Of a stretch of 27,631 bases of DNA, positions 27,135 to 27,631 are shown piece by piece; positions within the stretch are counted from its first letter, which is position 1; each line of letters begins with the position of its first letter. The notes below the pieces were generated by a model that worked only from the letters and a program-made list of their open reading frames with translations, did not search any database and was not told where the DNA came from. This DNA is from a virus (taxonomy: Duplodnaviria; Caudoviricetes), in IMG/VR virus record IMGVR_UViG_3300044513_000576, positions 1 through 27,631 of that record; one strand, 5' to 3'. The translations under genes and the position numbers were made by a program.

Positions 27135-27631
27135 TTTCCATACCTTTGCTCCCCTGGCAGTTTACGAAACTGAACTGCCAGGGTTTTTGCCTGCAATCTA
27201 CAAGTCCTACGATGATCATAAGTTCCCCACCAACAATGGTGAGATCACGGGAGAACTAGCAGGTAAAGTATTGGTCCATCAGGACAAGAGACTGCATGAT
27301 TTTTTCAAGGCAGTTGGTAGAAAGACTAGAGAGTATCTGAATAAGTTCGACATGGACACAGATGCTTTTGAAGTTAACATTACAAAGAGTTGGTTTGGTA
27401 TCTGTGAACCTGGGCAATCATTCCCAATGCATTATCACTCCTGCTCCCATATCAGTTTTGTCTATTACGTTCAACCCACTGGTGATCCGATTGCATTTCA
27501 CGTCGAGAATCCAAACCAATGGTTCGGTGCAGCATTCTCTTTCACTGGTCAGCAGAATGGTCTCAACACTAGGGACTATGTGATTGAACCCAAGGCAGAA
27601 CACCTCTTACTATTCCCTGGTTCACTGGAGC
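27124..27631 (+). CDS. 2OG-Fe(II) oxygenase-like protein (TIGR02466-type), 3' truncated; absent from the ORF track
   Basis: Manual translation: MAYNFHTFAPLAVYE...ITKSWFGICEPGQSFPMHYHSCSHISFVYYV...PKAEHLLLFPGSLE, open to the window end. Confidence 0.85.
   Translation, partial: MAYNFHTFAPLAVYETELPGFLPAIYKSYDDHKFPTNNGEITGELAGKVLVHQDKRLHDFFKAVGRKTREYLNKFDMDTDAFEVNITKSWFGICEPGQSFPMHYHSCSHISFVYYVQPTGDPIAFHVENPNQWFGAAFSFTGQQNGLNTRDYVIEPKAEHLLLFPGSLE

Noticed and set aside
27362-27603. Track ORFs 27362-27583 (+) and 27418-27603 (-)
   Set aside because: The real gene is the open frame from 27124 with 2OG-oxygenase motifs

Overview
Part of a T4-like marine cyanomyovirus genome, probably infecting Synechococcus or Prochlorococcus. 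All credible genes are on the + strand. The window runs from the 3' end of the major capsid gene g23 through g3, uvsY, uvsW, g55, g47, g46, g45, g44, g62, regA, g43, uvsX and g41. Accessory genes are interleaved: a HEXXH-peptidase/VWA protein, a MoxR/CobS-like AAA+ ATPase, a DenV-like glycosylase, speD, pebS, dam, hsp20, a flavin-dependent halogenase, mazG, thioredoxin/glutaredoxin-fold proteins and three 2OG-Fe(II) oxygenase-like genes. The most interesting signals are non-coding. (1) A likely ~75-nt late small RNA and a ROSE-like thermometer lie between regA and hsp20, followed by three tandem Sm-like genes. (2) An identically spaced palindrome/hairpin/-10 element precedes both the VWA and AAA+ genes. 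(3) Back-to-back sigma70 promoters sit at g55, one firing antisense into the late uvsW operon. Family assignments come from motif recognition by eye, not from database searches.
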